Assembly: GCF_018350175.1 (NCBI RefSeq)
Contig: NC_058369.1
Coordinates: 1,800,001-1,864,000 of the forward strand
Source: Felis catus
Lineage: Eukaryota
Direction: 5' to 3'
DNA: 64,000 bases
Made by a program: the position numbers and the translations under genes. The notes under the pieces were generated by a model that did not search any database, was not told the DNA's origin, and worked only from the letters and a program-made list of their open reading frames with translations. Position 1 is the first letter of the stretch. Each line of letters starts with the position of its first letter. Shown piece by piece: positions 24,201 to 37,600 of the stretch.

Positions 24201-27200
24201 CTTTCCTGACCTTGTTGGGTGCCCCGTAGAGCTATCGTCCTGCCTCCTGGGCTACGGCTGCCGATGTCGGAAGCGGACCGAGATGATTCTCTGCTCGTTG
24301 TCTTAGCACCTGCTGCCGTGTCCCCTCGATGGCAGGAAGGCACATGAGTGTGCTTTGGTGCACGGACAGGCGGGTGGCCTGGGGAAGCACAAGCGGTGTC
24401 TTGTATTTAATTCTCGTTTGAAGATCTTTGCGGGTCAGCGTGCAGTGGGAAGAAATAGCTCGGGGAGCGCCTGTCTGTTCTTTGACCAGTTTCCCCCACG
24501 TAACGTATTACAGAACCGGTCAGTGTCACCACCGGGTTAAAGACCTTGATGCAGCCCCCCAGACTCATTCCCACGTAACTGTTCACCAGGGGAAGACCCT
24601 CTGGGCTGCTCTTCGTTTGGGCTGTTCCCCGCAGGCGTTTGTGAACAGGTGTTGTGTGACCCCAGTCTTCATTCTCTGGGACAAACGCCCGGAGTGCAGG
24701 CGCGGAGTCGGGTGGTAGTCGCACGTTTTGTGCCAAACTGCTCTCCTGGGCGGCTGCCCCACTTCATGCTCCCTCCGGCGATGTTGGAGTGAGTGACCCA
24801 GTTTCCCTGCTGCCTCACCGACATCCAGCAGCATCACGGCTTTTCGTTATAAACAGCTTTGATTTTCTTACTCCAGGAAAAAATCCAGAAGGACTCGTTG
24901 AGGCCAGAGGCAGTGCGGTACCTGGAGCGACTGATCAAGCTGGGCAGAAGGAATGGGCTCCACCTGCCCAAAGACACTCAGGAGGTGCGTGCCAGCTCGG
25001 GGGGGGGGGGGGGGGGGGGGGGACCTGCGATCGCGGGCACCGCCTGAGTCCTGGTGTGCGCTCTATCGCCTCGGTTCCGGGCAGGGCGGTCTATGTGGAG
25101 CAGCTCTCTCTTTGCACCCGTTCTGCCTCGGATCCTCCAGGGTCCTGGTGAGGCTTTCCTGAGGGCGTGGCGCTGCCTCGGCCGCGGGGAGAGCGCATGG
25201 GGCAGGTGGCAGGGCTCAGGGGGTCCTCCCCGTGACTTGGGTGCAACGGCAGTAAGGAGAAGCTCGCTCTGGCTGTGGGTCTCCTGTTCTCAGGACTCTG
25301 CTGCGACGGCATGGCTTCCTTCTGACCCCACACGGGGGGGGGTGGCGGGGGGTGCCCGCCCCATGCAGTCCTCCGTGACGCCAGCACTCAGTTCTGACCC
25401 GTGTACACAGAGGTGGTGTCGGAAACCACAGCCTCAGGGCTCGGCCCCTCCACGCCGCCCCGACCTGAGGCACCGGCCACGAGTCCAGGGTGTCCCTTGG
25501 TTCTGACCGACCGGCACTCCTCCCTCGGGTTTAATTCGTTCGACAGAGTGGCTCAGAGAACTCGGGAAAAGCTTACTTGCCCTTACTGACCTATCGTGAA
25601 GGGTACCACCTAGAGCCGCCAGCTGGGACAGAAGCACAGGGCAAGGTCGGGGTGGGGGGCAGGCACGGAGCTCCGGTTCCCTGCGTGCTTCGCCCTCACG
25701 GGCACCTTCACGTGTTCACCAACTGGAAACTCCCTTAACCCTGTGCCTTATGGCTTCTGTGGCCGCCACATCACTTCAGCCCGACTAGTCACTCCATCCG
25801 TGACCGACTCCCTAAGTAGGCAGGAGGGACTTCCTTGGCCACCCGCCCCCATCCCAGGGGCTTTCCAAAGGCATCTCATCAGGTTGCCCTCAAGTGTGGT
25901 GGGAAGGGCTGGTAAGAGATAGCACAATGTTCCCCACACCTCATCTCTTGAGCCGTTTCAGTGTCGTGTTGTCACTAATTCCAAGGGTTTAGGAGCCGTG
26001 TGCCAGGAATGGGAACGCAGACTGCATATACGAGTTGCTCATCAAAAGCCCCAGTCGTGGATGGCATCGCCTGCGTTCCCTTCTGGGGCAGAGGGCGAGC
26101 AGGGCTGCACCTGCCCCCGTCCTGGGTTGATCGCTGGGGGTCTCTGTCCGCTCCACTCCCTTCCCATTTTCTCTGAAGGCCCCGCAGCCACACAGAGGGG
26201 ATGGCCGGGGCGTGGGCTCTGGGCTGGCTGGTTTGCACATGAGGCACACATATGGGTGAGCTGGGTACCATCCCCTGGAACTGGCCACCCTTAGGAGAAG
26301 CCCTCCCTCCGGGGTCAGCAAGGCCCCCGATAGGAAAGCACCAGGGCACAGGAGACAAAAGACACAGTTAAAGCAGATGCCAGATCCACACCCAGAGCTC
26401 AGCGACCGTGTCTCTTGTCACTTAGAACTGATTCTACCTTCTGGTTGGAGAATCAGGGAAATGAGGCGTGCTTGTGGTTAAAACCAGTGCTGGTAAGACT
26501 TGAGTCGAATTCCATCTTGGAACTGTGGGATCTGGAATCCAGTGTGGTGTCTCAGCTTCTGTGGGCGCAGGTGATAAACTCAGCCAGAGCAACAGAAGCA
26601 CAGTTGTACTTTTTTTTTTTTCCCTTAAGTAAACTTTATGCCCAACATAGGGCTTGAACCCATGACCCCGAGATCAAGACTCTCATGCTCCTCCGACTGA
26701 GCCACCCACACGCTTGCAGGGCTGTGCTTAAAGCTTTGTCGTCACGTTGTCGAAAGTCCTGACTGTGACTTGAGAGCCGCTGCACTGGGAGGGACACGGG
26801 GGGCTCCGGGTGGAGGAAGGACACTGGCCGTGGGCTGGATGGGGACCCAGAAGCCGAAGCCGTGCCTTCTTTCCTGGGGCATGAGCTGTTTTCACGCCTT
26901 AGAACCTTGATTGGCATGGCCACGTTTGGTTTTGTGAGGCTTCAGCGAGATCAGGAAATAAGTGGAAGTGCCCAGCGCAGGGTCATGGCCAACGGAGGCT
27001 CAGTGCACCCATGCGGGCTGGTTCTGAGCCCGGGTCTCACCCGAGGAGCCCCCAGGTCACTGCACAGCTGTCAGCCACACTTGCCCGACCTTCCCGGCAC
27101 AGAGCAGCTGTTATACCCGAGGCCTGGGCTGGGCTCCAGGGCCCCCCCTGAGGCAGCGGTGGGCAGATGTTGTGGCCCCAGGGCACACCCCCCCCCCATC

Positions 27201-28596
27201 AGAAGTTTCCTCCCTGAGGCTTAGCCCCACTCCTCTGTCAAAATATCCAAATGCCTAAGCTGCAGACTCTGAAGGGAATAGGGTCCAGAAGGCTCTTGGC
27301 TGGGGACGTACAACAGTTGGGGACGCAAGCCCGAGCTCCCCGGGGTCACCGAGGCCGCGCGGCACGGCCGGTGGGTATCTGCGTGCAGACGGCTCTGCCT
27401 GCTTTTCCCGCCTCTCCCACTTCTCCTTGCAGGGGGGAGCCCCCAGGCCCGGAGGCTGTGCTCCTCACGGCTGTGCTCCTCCCTCCAGAAAATCAAGAGC
27501 ATCAAGAAGAAGCTGAGTCTCCTGTGCATCGACTTCAACAAGAACCTGAACGAGGACACGACCTTCCTGCCGCTCACTCGAGAGGAGCTGGGTACTGGCC
27601 CAGGGCCTGGGGCGCGGGGGGCGGGGACGGTGCTGACCTCCAACAGGCTTCTCAAGTGGGGAGGGGGGATTTGTGTCCCACCGCCCTGGGGAGGGGGTTT
27701 CTTCACCTGGAGCGCTCAACACTTTGGAATCAACGTTTCTAGATCCTTCCTTGGGCAGCGGCAGGAGCGCTGGGTTAGGCCGAGGAGGTCTCAGGCACAA
27801 GGCCCTACCTGCTGCTCTTCTCGCTGTGACCTTCCGAGAGGGGCCGGGCTGAGTCCTGGCTGATGCTGCTCCCAAATCCGGCCGGACGTGGCATTTGGAA
27901 GGGAAAGTTCGGTTTTTACTTTTTTCCCCTCTTTCCCCAAATGTCTGGTTTTGAAAAATTTCACAGCTGGAGGAAAGTTGCAGGAACAGCACAGTGGGAA
28001 GCCCTGTGTACTCGGCCTGTGCCGGCCCCCAGCTGACGTCGCACGTTCTGTCCGTTTACGTGGACGCTGCTGCACGCATCCTTTTCGCTGTCAGACCCCT
28101 GTCCGCGGCCTCGTGAGCCTTCCCCAGGACTGAGGCCATCCTTGGCCCCTCCGTGTACATCTTGCACTTGGGAGGTGGAGCCCTGAACAGCAGACCTCCT
28201 AGGAGACCCGTCTGGGCTTCCTTGCTCTGCTGTCCCAAGGACGTGCCTTTTTTTTTTTTTTTTTTATGTTTATTTTTATTTATTTCTTTATTTTAACATT
28301 TATTTATTTTTTTTTAAATTTTTTTTTTCAACGTTTATTTATTTTTGGGACAGAGAGAGACAGAGCATGAACGGGGGAGGGGCAGAGAGAGAGGGAGACA
28401 CAGAATCGGAAACAGGCTCCACGCTCTGAGCCATCAGCCCAGAGCCCGACGCGGGGCTCGAACTCACAGACCGCGAGATCGTGACCTGGCTGAAGTCGGA
28501 CGCTTAACCGACTGCGCCACCCAGGCGCCCCACTTATTTTATTTTTTAAATGTTGATTCATTTTTGAGGGAGAGAGACAGAATGTGAGCAGGGGAG

Positions 28597-28637
<41 letters not shown>

Positions 28638-31600
28638 ATCTGAAGCAGGCTCCAGGCTCTGAGCTGCCAGCACTGAGCCCCACGCAAGGCTCAAACCCAC
28701 AAATTGTGAGATCGTGACCTGAGCCAAAGTCAGACGCTTAACCAACTGAGCCACTCAGGTGCCTCCCACCTAATTTTTTTTTTTTTTTTAATTTTTTTTT
28801 TCAACGTTTATTTATTTTGGGACAGAGAGAGACAGAGCATGAACGGGGGAGGGGCAGAGAGAGAGGGAGACACAGAATCGGAAACAGGCTCCAGGCTCTG
28901 AGCCATCAGCCCAGAGCCCGACGCAGGGCTCGAACTCACGGACCGCGAGATCGTGACCTGGCTGAAGTCGGACGCTTAACCGACTGCGCCACCCAGGCGC
29001 CCCACTTATTTTATTTTTTAAATGTTGATTCATTTTTGAGGGAGAGAGACAGAATGTGAGCAGGGGAGGCACAGAGAGAGAGAGAGAGAGAGAGACAGAA
29101 TCTGAAGCAGGCTCCAGGCTCTGAGCTGCCAGCACTGAGCCCCACGCAAGGCTCAAACCCACAAATTGTGAGATCGTGACCTGAGCCAAAGTCAGATGCT
29201 TAACCAACTGAGCCACTCAGGTGCCTCCCACCTAATTTTTTTTTTTTTTAATTTTTTTTTTCAACGTTTATTTATTTTTGGGACAGAGAGAGACAGAGCA
29301 TGAACGGGGGAGGGGCAGAGAGAGAGGGAGACACAGAATCGGAAACAGGCTCCAGGCTCTGAGCCATCAGCCCAGAGCCTGACGCGGGGCTCGAATTCAC
29401 GGACCGCGAGATCGTGACCTGGCTGAAGTCGGACGCTTAACCGACTGCGCCACCCAGGCGCCCCACTTATTTTATTTTTTAAATGTTGATTCATTTTTGA
29501 GGGAGAGAGACAGAATGTGAGCAGGGGAAGCACAGAGAGAGAGAGAGAGAGAGAGACAGAATCTGAAGCAGGCTCCAGGCTCTGAGCTGCCAGCACTGAG
29601 CCCCACGCAAGGCTCAAACCCACAAATTGTGAGATCGTGACCTGAGCCAAAGTCAGATGCTTAACCAACTGAGCCACTCAGGTGCCTCCCACCTAATTTT
29701 TTTTTTTTTTAATTTTTTTTTCAACGTTTATTTATTTTTGGGACAGAGAGAGACAGCATGAACGGGGGAGGGGCAGAGAGAGAGGGAGACACAGAATCGG
29801 AAACAGGCTCCAGGCTCTGAGCCATCAGCCCAGAGCCTGATGCGGGGCTCGAACTCACGGACCGCGAGATCGTGACCTGGCTGAAGTCGGACGCCCAACC
29901 GACTGCGCCACCCAGGCGCCCCAACATTTATTTATTTTTGAGACACAGAGAGACAGAGCATGAACAGGGGAGGGGCACAGAGAGAGGGAGACACAGAATC
30001 TGAAATGGCTCCGGGCTCTGAGCTGTCAGCACAGAGCCCGAAGCGGGGCTCAAACTCACGGACCGGACCGTGAGATCATGACCTGAGCCAAAGTCGGATG
30101 CTTAACCGACTGAGCCACCCAGGTGCCCCTTTAATGTTTATTTTTGAAAGAGCATGTGTGGTGGGGGGGGAGGGGCAGAGAGAGAGGGAGACCCAGAATC
30201 CCAAGCAGGCCCCAGGCTGTGAGCTGTCAGCACAGAGCCTGATGCGGGGCTTAAACTCAGGAACAGTGAGATCGTGCCTGAAGCCAAAGTCAGATGCTTA
30301 ACGTATGGAGCCCCCAGGTGCCCCCGAGGACACTCTTTGTGTTCGCTTCCCAGTCAGAGTCCTGTCGGGGAGCATCCTGTCTTTACAGGTTCCTTTCTTG
30401 TTGAACCACTCCTCAGCTGTTCACGAAAGTGTTTTCTTCCCACCTTTCCTGCCGTGGACACTTCCGAAGAGCCCAGGCGGGCGGGTTTGCTGCCGCTTGG
30501 GAGAGCCCTGCCAGGGGCTCGGGGACCAGATTTCCGACCCGTCCCCTGTGAGGCAGTGAAGCGCTGTGGCAGTGGTCCTGTAGCGGCCGTCTCGGGGATG
30601 GGGGGCCGGGGGCTCGGCCTGGCTGCCAGGGGCCCCCGAGGGCAGCTTTCTCTTAGGGGTGCCACGGACTCGAGTCTCCTGAACAGGGGCTGGCAGGTCC
30701 CTCGGCGCCGTCCTCTGTCGCCCTTCGTTCTGGTTCAGTCCTTCCTGGGGCCTCGGGCGGCAGGTCCCTCCACGTGGACCCCACGTTTAAGGGCGGATGC
30801 CCGCCATGTTTCCCGGGCAGGGGAGGGCCCTGGGTCTCTGGAACTGGGCAGACGAATCTGCTCACCCACGCCATCCACTGGGCCGGCCTCCCGTATAGGC
30901 GGCCGGGGACCCCCGCGGAGCTCTGGCGGCCGTGGGACGGGCGGGGCAGTGACCAAGGCCAGGAGTCGGTGTTCAGTTACAGCAACACCGCCTCTCTCTC
31001 TCTATCCCCCTCCGCGAGTCCCAGCTGCTCTCCCAGCTCACAGGCCCCCAAGAGGCGCCTTGGGGCTGCCGCTGCTCACGCCGCACCGTGAGGGGAAGCT
31101 CCTGTGGACAGGCTTCCGACCCCATCGTTCCTTGTGTTTGTCCCTCACGAGTCGGCTTTCCCTCCCCCACTTGCTAGATTTATCAGCAGTCGTCCGTGTG
31201 GACGGGGCCCGTCATTCAGCGGGTTGGGGTCTGCTGCTGTCTCTATTAACTCGATGCTCAAGATGGTCTCAGTGCAACCGCGAGAGCTCCTCCAGGTGGA
31301 GGTGTCCCTGTGTTTTCTCGAGCAGCTTCTTTGGGACTCGTGCCCCAGGCCGTTTTGTCCTTGCCCCGCCTGATGTCTAGAAACAGCTGTGGGTGCCGGT
31401 GTGCTCACTGCTCCCAGGCCCTGTGGCAGAGTAGAAATGGGCGTCTGCACGCCTGTGTTTACACGCCCAGCCTGGAAGCTGTGACCTCCCAAGCTGTGCC
31501 CTGCCCGGCCCCGTCCACCCTGCTCCAGAGCGTCCCTTCCCACCTGTACTGAGGTGAGGGCCCCAGCCTGGCCTTCAAGGAGGTGTGGGCAGGTCAGAGC

Positions 31601-34600
31601 CAGGCGTGTGAGGCCTTGGCCCCTGGAGATGTTCAGTGTGAGCTGCAGGGGTCTGGGGTGGGGAGCTGAGGGGGGAGGCTGTTGCAGAAGTGCGGCCACC
31701 GGGATGGCGAGGGCCGCAGGGGTCATCTGTCCTCCGCAGGTGCTGCTGTCCAGGGAAGGGTGAGGGAAGAGACTGCAGCCCCAGAAGCCCTCTCTGTCCA
31801 GGGTTGAGCCGAGTGGCGCTGCTCCTCCCTAGGAGCCTGGTGGGAAGGGCCGTAGCGCCACATCTTCCAGGAGGGGCTGAGGGTGGGGAGGCCGGGCGAG
31901 TCCCCTGCAGGGCGTGTCCCCTGCAGGCTCCCGTCCCCGCCTGTCGTGTGGGAGGGAAGCCTGGCGCTTGTCGGGCCCTCAGCAGCCCTGGTCTTGTTCC
32001 TGCAGGAGGGCTCCCGGAGGACTTTTTGAACTCACTGGAAAAGGCTGGGGATGACAAGTTGAAAGTCACCCTCAAGTACCCACATTACTTTCCCCTCCTG
32101 AAGAAGTGCCATGTGCCGGAGACCAGAAGGAAGGTGGAGGAGGCCTTCAACTGTCGGTGCAAGCAGGTGCGGAGGCTGCGCCCGGGAGTCGCCAGGCCTA
32201 TGCTCTGGGCCAGGCTCGGTGGCTGGCAGGCCGTGCGTGTCCACTGCTCCCAGGCCTTACGTTGGCTTGTCCCTGTGTCTGGTGGTGCTCCCCGGGCTCG
32301 AGCTCCCTTGTTCCGTTTTGTGTGGTGGCCTGGGCCCTCGAGCTGCAGCCCTGGGCGTCTTCACCGCTCAGACACCTGTTCCCACATGGACACTTGTGTT
32401 TGTTGTCCCCGCCCCAGCGTGGCCTTGGCCTCACTCCTGCTCAGTGTCTGCAGCAGGTGATGGAGGGGCCCTTCGGCCTCCATGGGGACACCACGGTGCT
32501 TGCATGGCTGGGGGACGGGAGCCGCCGGCTGGAGGCTGAGCCCCTTACAGGGTGACAGGGAAGCGTGTGCTCCAGGTCCCGTGTTCCCCGCTTCCCAGAC
32601 TGAAGACCGACCACGCTAGCCTTAAGGAAACGATGTTTTCAGGTCGCCTCCCTCAGATCGAGATGTGGCCCTAGAGAAGCCCGCTCACACAGGCGGGGGC
32701 TGCAGGAACGGGCGTGATGGCTTGTGGAGGAGCCGGGAATACTGGTTCTGGTGGGGACGTGCCGCTTCTGGGGTGTCAGCAGCAACTTTATACTGTTGAG
32801 AGCAGAGCCCTCAGGTCTGTGATCAGGACTGGTGGGGTCGACATCACCTCGTCCTCGTGGCCCGTCCCGCCCCCAGCCTCGACCCCAGAGCTCCGGGGGA
32901 GCTGGCGTGTTGTCTGGTGCCGTGGCCCTGAGCCCCCTGGTCAGGAAGGTTTCCACTCAACTTCCTGCTTGTGGACCTGATTGGTGGGAGCATTCTGATT
33001 TTTGTTTTTGTTTTTTTTAAATATTTGGCGGAGGGGCAGAGAGAGGGAGGCAGAGAATCCCAAGCAGGCTCCGTGCCATCAGCGCAGAGCCCAACGTGAG
33101 GCTTGAACTCATGAACTGTGAGATCATGACCTGAGTCCAAGTCCTGGGTCGGACGCTCACCCAGCAGCCTCCAGGCACCCCGTGAGCGCTGCGTTCTGCA
33201 CAACCCTCTCTCCCTTGGAAACGAGTCCCATGCGTTTCATTTTGTGTTGGTCCCATGAGTTTGGTTGGCTGGGTCAGCCCCTCGGAGGTGCCTGGGGCCA
33301 GGCCTGGACCGGTGGGGAGCTCCCCATGCACACCCCCCGAGGCTCTCCTGCAGTCCCGGCCCCATGTTGCTCTCCTCTCACGGCCTCAGAACCCCTCACA
33401 GTTTACGCTCTTACTGGGTCCAGATGAGACTCGAGGGTTCATAGAGACTCAGGCGTTATGGCAGGGTCACGTGGCGGGCACCGAAATCTAGGCCAGGGAA
33501 AGGAGGGAGGGAAACGAGCCAGCTGGGTCCCGGCGGTCCAGAACTGTGCTGGCCACGGGGCCCAAGTGGGAGTGGTGGGCCCGGCGCCCACAGAGCTGGT
33601 TGCTGGTCGGTTCTAGGAGAACTGTGCGATCCTCAGAGAGCTGGTGTCCCTGCGGGCCCAGAAGTCCAGTCTGCTGGGGTTCAGCACGCACGCCGACTAC
33701 GTCCTGGAGATGAACATGGCTAAGAGCAGCCAGGTGGTGGCCACGTTCCTAGGTAAGCCTTGCCTCCCCTCAGCCTCCTGCCATGGGTTCCAGGAGCGAG
33801 GTTTGGGTGGTTCTTGACTGCGACGTGCAAACGCCTCGGAGAGCCGTGTCCTGTCCACCCCAGAGGGAATCCCGACACCTCCCTAACCCTGTTCAGCCTC
33901 GAGGGGCCCCAGCCCAGCAGCCAAGCATGGGGCTCTGGGGTGAGGCTGAGTCCGCCTGGCCCTGTGGCTTCCTGGCATGAGCTCTGGGCCAGCGTCCCCA
34001 CTGTGGCCATCCTTTCCCACTCGTGGACGGGGCAGAGCCCCCCCGGCTGCTGAGGGCGATGTATCACCCGTGTTTGAGTTGTGCTGGCGGCCCGGGCCTT
34101 CCTCCCGGGTGGGGCGCCGGGGCCACCGTGCCGCGGCCTGGGGCCTGTGGGGGCGGCCGCCGCAGGAGGTATAGCCTTGCCTTCCCCTCTGTCCTCCCCA
34201 GACGAGTTGGCCCAGAAGCTGAAGCCCCTCGGGGAGCAGGAGCGGGCCGTGATCCTGGAGCTGAAGAAGGCCGAGTGCGAGAAACGGGGCCTGGACTTCG
34301 ACGGGCGCATCAACGCCTGGGACATGCGCTACTACATGAACCAGGTGGAGGAGACCCGCTACAGCGTGGACCAGAACCTGCTCAAGGAGTACTTCCCCAT
34401 GCAGGTGGTCACCAAGGGACTGCTCAGCATCTACCAGGAGCTGCTAGGGCTGACCTTCAACCTGGAGGAGAACGCCACCGTGTGGCACGAAGACGTGAAG
34501 CTGTACTGCGTGAGGGACTCGGCCTCCGGGAAGGTCATCGGGAAGTTCTACCTGGACCTTTACCCGAGGTGCGTGTGAGCTGGGCGACCCTTCTCTGAGC

Positions 34601-37600
34601 CTCAGCGTTTCCATCTGTGAAATAGGTTGTGTCCGCCACAGCGCGGGGCCAGGTGAGGGGCCGGGAACGTTCACCGTCCAGGGAGGCGGGTGGGTGCCCG
34701 GGAGGTTCTGCCTGAGGGGGGGGGGGGGGGGACGGGGGGGGGCAGGACCCCCGCTCCTGAGAAGGAAGCTCGAGCCTCTCAGTCTGTCCAGTCGTCCGGG
34801 TTGATTAGGGGCTGCAGAGTCAGAGAGTGGCGGAATCGGGGACCCTCATGGGCCTCTCTGGGCCAGCTGGGGGATGGAGTAGATCCCTGGCTGGGCCTGA
34901 CACGGCCTCCTTCCCCAGGGAAGGGAAGTACGGGCACGCGGCCTGCTTTGGCTTGCAGCCGGGCTGCCTGCGGCAGGACGGGAGCCGCCAGATCGCCATC
35001 GCGGCCATGGTGGCCAACTTCACCAAGCCCACCCCGGATGCCCCCTCCCTGCTGCAGCACGACGAGGTGGAGACCTACTTCCATGAGTTTGGGCACGTGA
35101 TGCACCAGCTCTGCTCTCAGGTGGGTGCAGGGGGCGCGGGGGCGGGCGGTGCTGCTGGTTAGCGGGTCCGGAGGCAGCCTCCTCCCTGGTGGAGTCCTCC
35201 TCTGATGTCCCCATGGCCGCAGTAACGCCCTGTTGTGCCACTTTCCAGCATGGAGCCCTGGAGACGGCCGGCTTCATGGGTAGCAGCAGGGGCTGGGGGT
35301 CTGACATCAGCTGTCCAAGGGCCGGTTCCTCGTGAGGCCGCTCTCCTCGGGGTGCAGACGGCTGTGTTCTCCCCCGTCTTCGTTTCTCTGTGCATGTCTG
35401 CGTCCTCACCTATTTCTCTTTTTTAAATATTTATTCACGTTGAAAGTTCGCATGCGTGTGCACAAGCAGGGGTGGGGCAGAGAGAGAGACAGAATCCCAA
35501 GCAGACTCCATGCTGTCAGTGCAGAGCCCGGCGTGGGGCTCAGTCCCACAACCATGAGGTCATGACCTCAGCCGAAATCAAGAGTTGGACACTCAACTGA
35601 TTGATTGAACCACCCAAGTGCCTCCCTCATGTCTTATAAGGACAGCGGTCGTTGGATTAGGACCACCCCAGTGATGTCATTTTAAGTTGAATACCTTGGT
35701 GATTGTTCACCAAGGTGTATAGCTGCCAACCAGATGTTTTGGAACATTTCCGTCGTCCAGAAAGAGTCTTCACGTCCCTTAGTTGTCCCCACTCCTCCCC
35801 CGGCCCCCACGAGCCCCCTTCCCGTCCGTGGAAGAACCTGTTCTGGACGTTTCACATACGTGGACTCACACCCTGTGTGGCCTCTTGTGTCTGGTTCCCT
35901 CCCTGAGCGTCGTGTGTTCAGAGATCCTTACGCCGGGCAGCGGGTGTGGGCGCCTCACTCCTCGCGGCCGAGGGACATGCGTGTGCGTGGGTAGAGCGCT
36001 GAGAAGTATCTTTTGAGCAGATGTTGACTGTCGTCTTTTTCTCTTTCACATTTTGCATCTTTGTGTCTTGTTGAAGAAATCATTTTCTAACCCAAGACAC
36101 TAAGTTTTTCTCCTGATTTTCTAGAAGTTTCAGTTTCAGCTCTTTGTGTCGGTCTGTCGTCCACTGTGAGTTAAGAGTCGTATGTGGTGTGAGGTCGGGG
36201 GTCGGCCCTCACCTACAGCAGCCGCGCAGGGCACAGCCAGTGTCTGCACAGCACTAGCCCCGTGCACCCTGGCCTCCTTGTCAGCTCTGCTCACGTGCCC
36301 TCTTCCTGCCTCTGCACTGTGCTCTTACTGGTTATTTCCCAAAACTAGAACTCTCGTGGCTCCCTCATTTCCTTCAGGCCTTTTCGGACACACGTTACCA
36401 CCATTCAGAGGTGTGTAAAGTTGCCGCCCACACGGAGTTCGCGGATACTGAGGCACCGCTCCTGGGGGAGCACACAGGTCCCTGCGAGCCTCTGGTCACG
36501 ACCCACCGATATGTAACCTCGCGTCACGTGTTTCTGTTGAAAGACACCTTTCCTGCGTCGTTGTCGTAACACTGAACTCACGGCCGGCGGTGCTATAGCT
36601 CGTGCCTGAAGGAAGGGCCTCTGACCCGTGTGCTATCTCGGCACATCACGGCCTTCTTGTGCTCAGGAACACCAGACAGTGCTTCAGCGTGACCATTGGG
36701 ATCCGTTTCAGGCAGACCACCTACAAAAACAAAAATGCAAATAAAAAGGTGGGGGGGCTCTTGGTAGTTGATGAAAAGGACACTGGTTTACAGTCAGAGC
36801 CGAAACCCAAAGGCAGAGCATCAAAGGGTCACAGGGTGCCGCAGGTGTTGGTTTTGGGTTGAAAAGTTTAGCAAGTAGGGGTGCCCGGGGTGGCTCGGTT
36901 CAGCATCCGACTTCAACTCAGGTCACGATCATACAGTTCATGAGTTCAAGCCCTGCGTCGGGCGCTGGGCTGACAGCTCAGATCCTGGAGCCTCCTTTGG
37001 ATTCTGTGTCTTCCTCTCTCTCTGCCCCTCCCCCCACTCACATATGGTCTCTTCTCTCTCTCAAAAACAAATACTAAAAAAAAAAAGTCTAGCAAGTAGG
37101 TGAGGTCACAGAGGTTGTCAGTAACAAGGGCCGCGAGTGCCTCCCCCAGCCCCCCACCGTTGCCCTGCTCCACTCTGGGCCGGGCAAGGACTCGCCCAAG
37201 GTCGTGTGGCTCATTTGGCTGCCAGAGCCAGGTTCTAGCACTACTTGACCAGGCGCCGTGTTTTTCAGGAAAATTTCAGACAAAAGTGGAGACAACACCG
37301 GTGCCTTGCCATGTTGCCTTCCAGATCCCTTTGTTTCTGGGCCAGTGGCTTTTGCAGTGTAGGGCTTTTTGAGAGCAGTGGCTTTATAGGTGGAAGAAGG
37401 GAGCATAGGTGGCCTTCAAGGGTGGGCATGCTCCCCGCCTCCTCATGTACTGGGCTGACAGCCCCGCAGGAGCCTCAGGTTTTGGGGCCTCGCGCAGCTG
37501 TTGTCTGCTCGCCCTGGTGTGCTTGTTGGGGGGGCACTGCATGCCCGTGTGCCCAGGCAAGGCCAGTGGGCAGGAGCGGATCGGGCAGGGTCCAGACCTT

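Noticed and set aside
28345..28587. Recurrent ORFs such as [25 protein letters not shown] and [16 protein letters not shown]
   Set aside because: They are translations of SINEC copies.
28328..29922. Regularly spaced repeats superficially like a CRISPR array or satellite
   Set aside because: The units are whole carnivore SINEs in eukaryotic DNA; there are no unique spacers or cas genes.
30274..31380. 368-aa plus-strand ORF in THOP1 intron 5
   Set aside because: It starts inside a SINE and is Pro/Arg/Gly/Ser-rich with no recognisable domain. Long ORFs are expected by chance in stop-poor GC-rich DNA.
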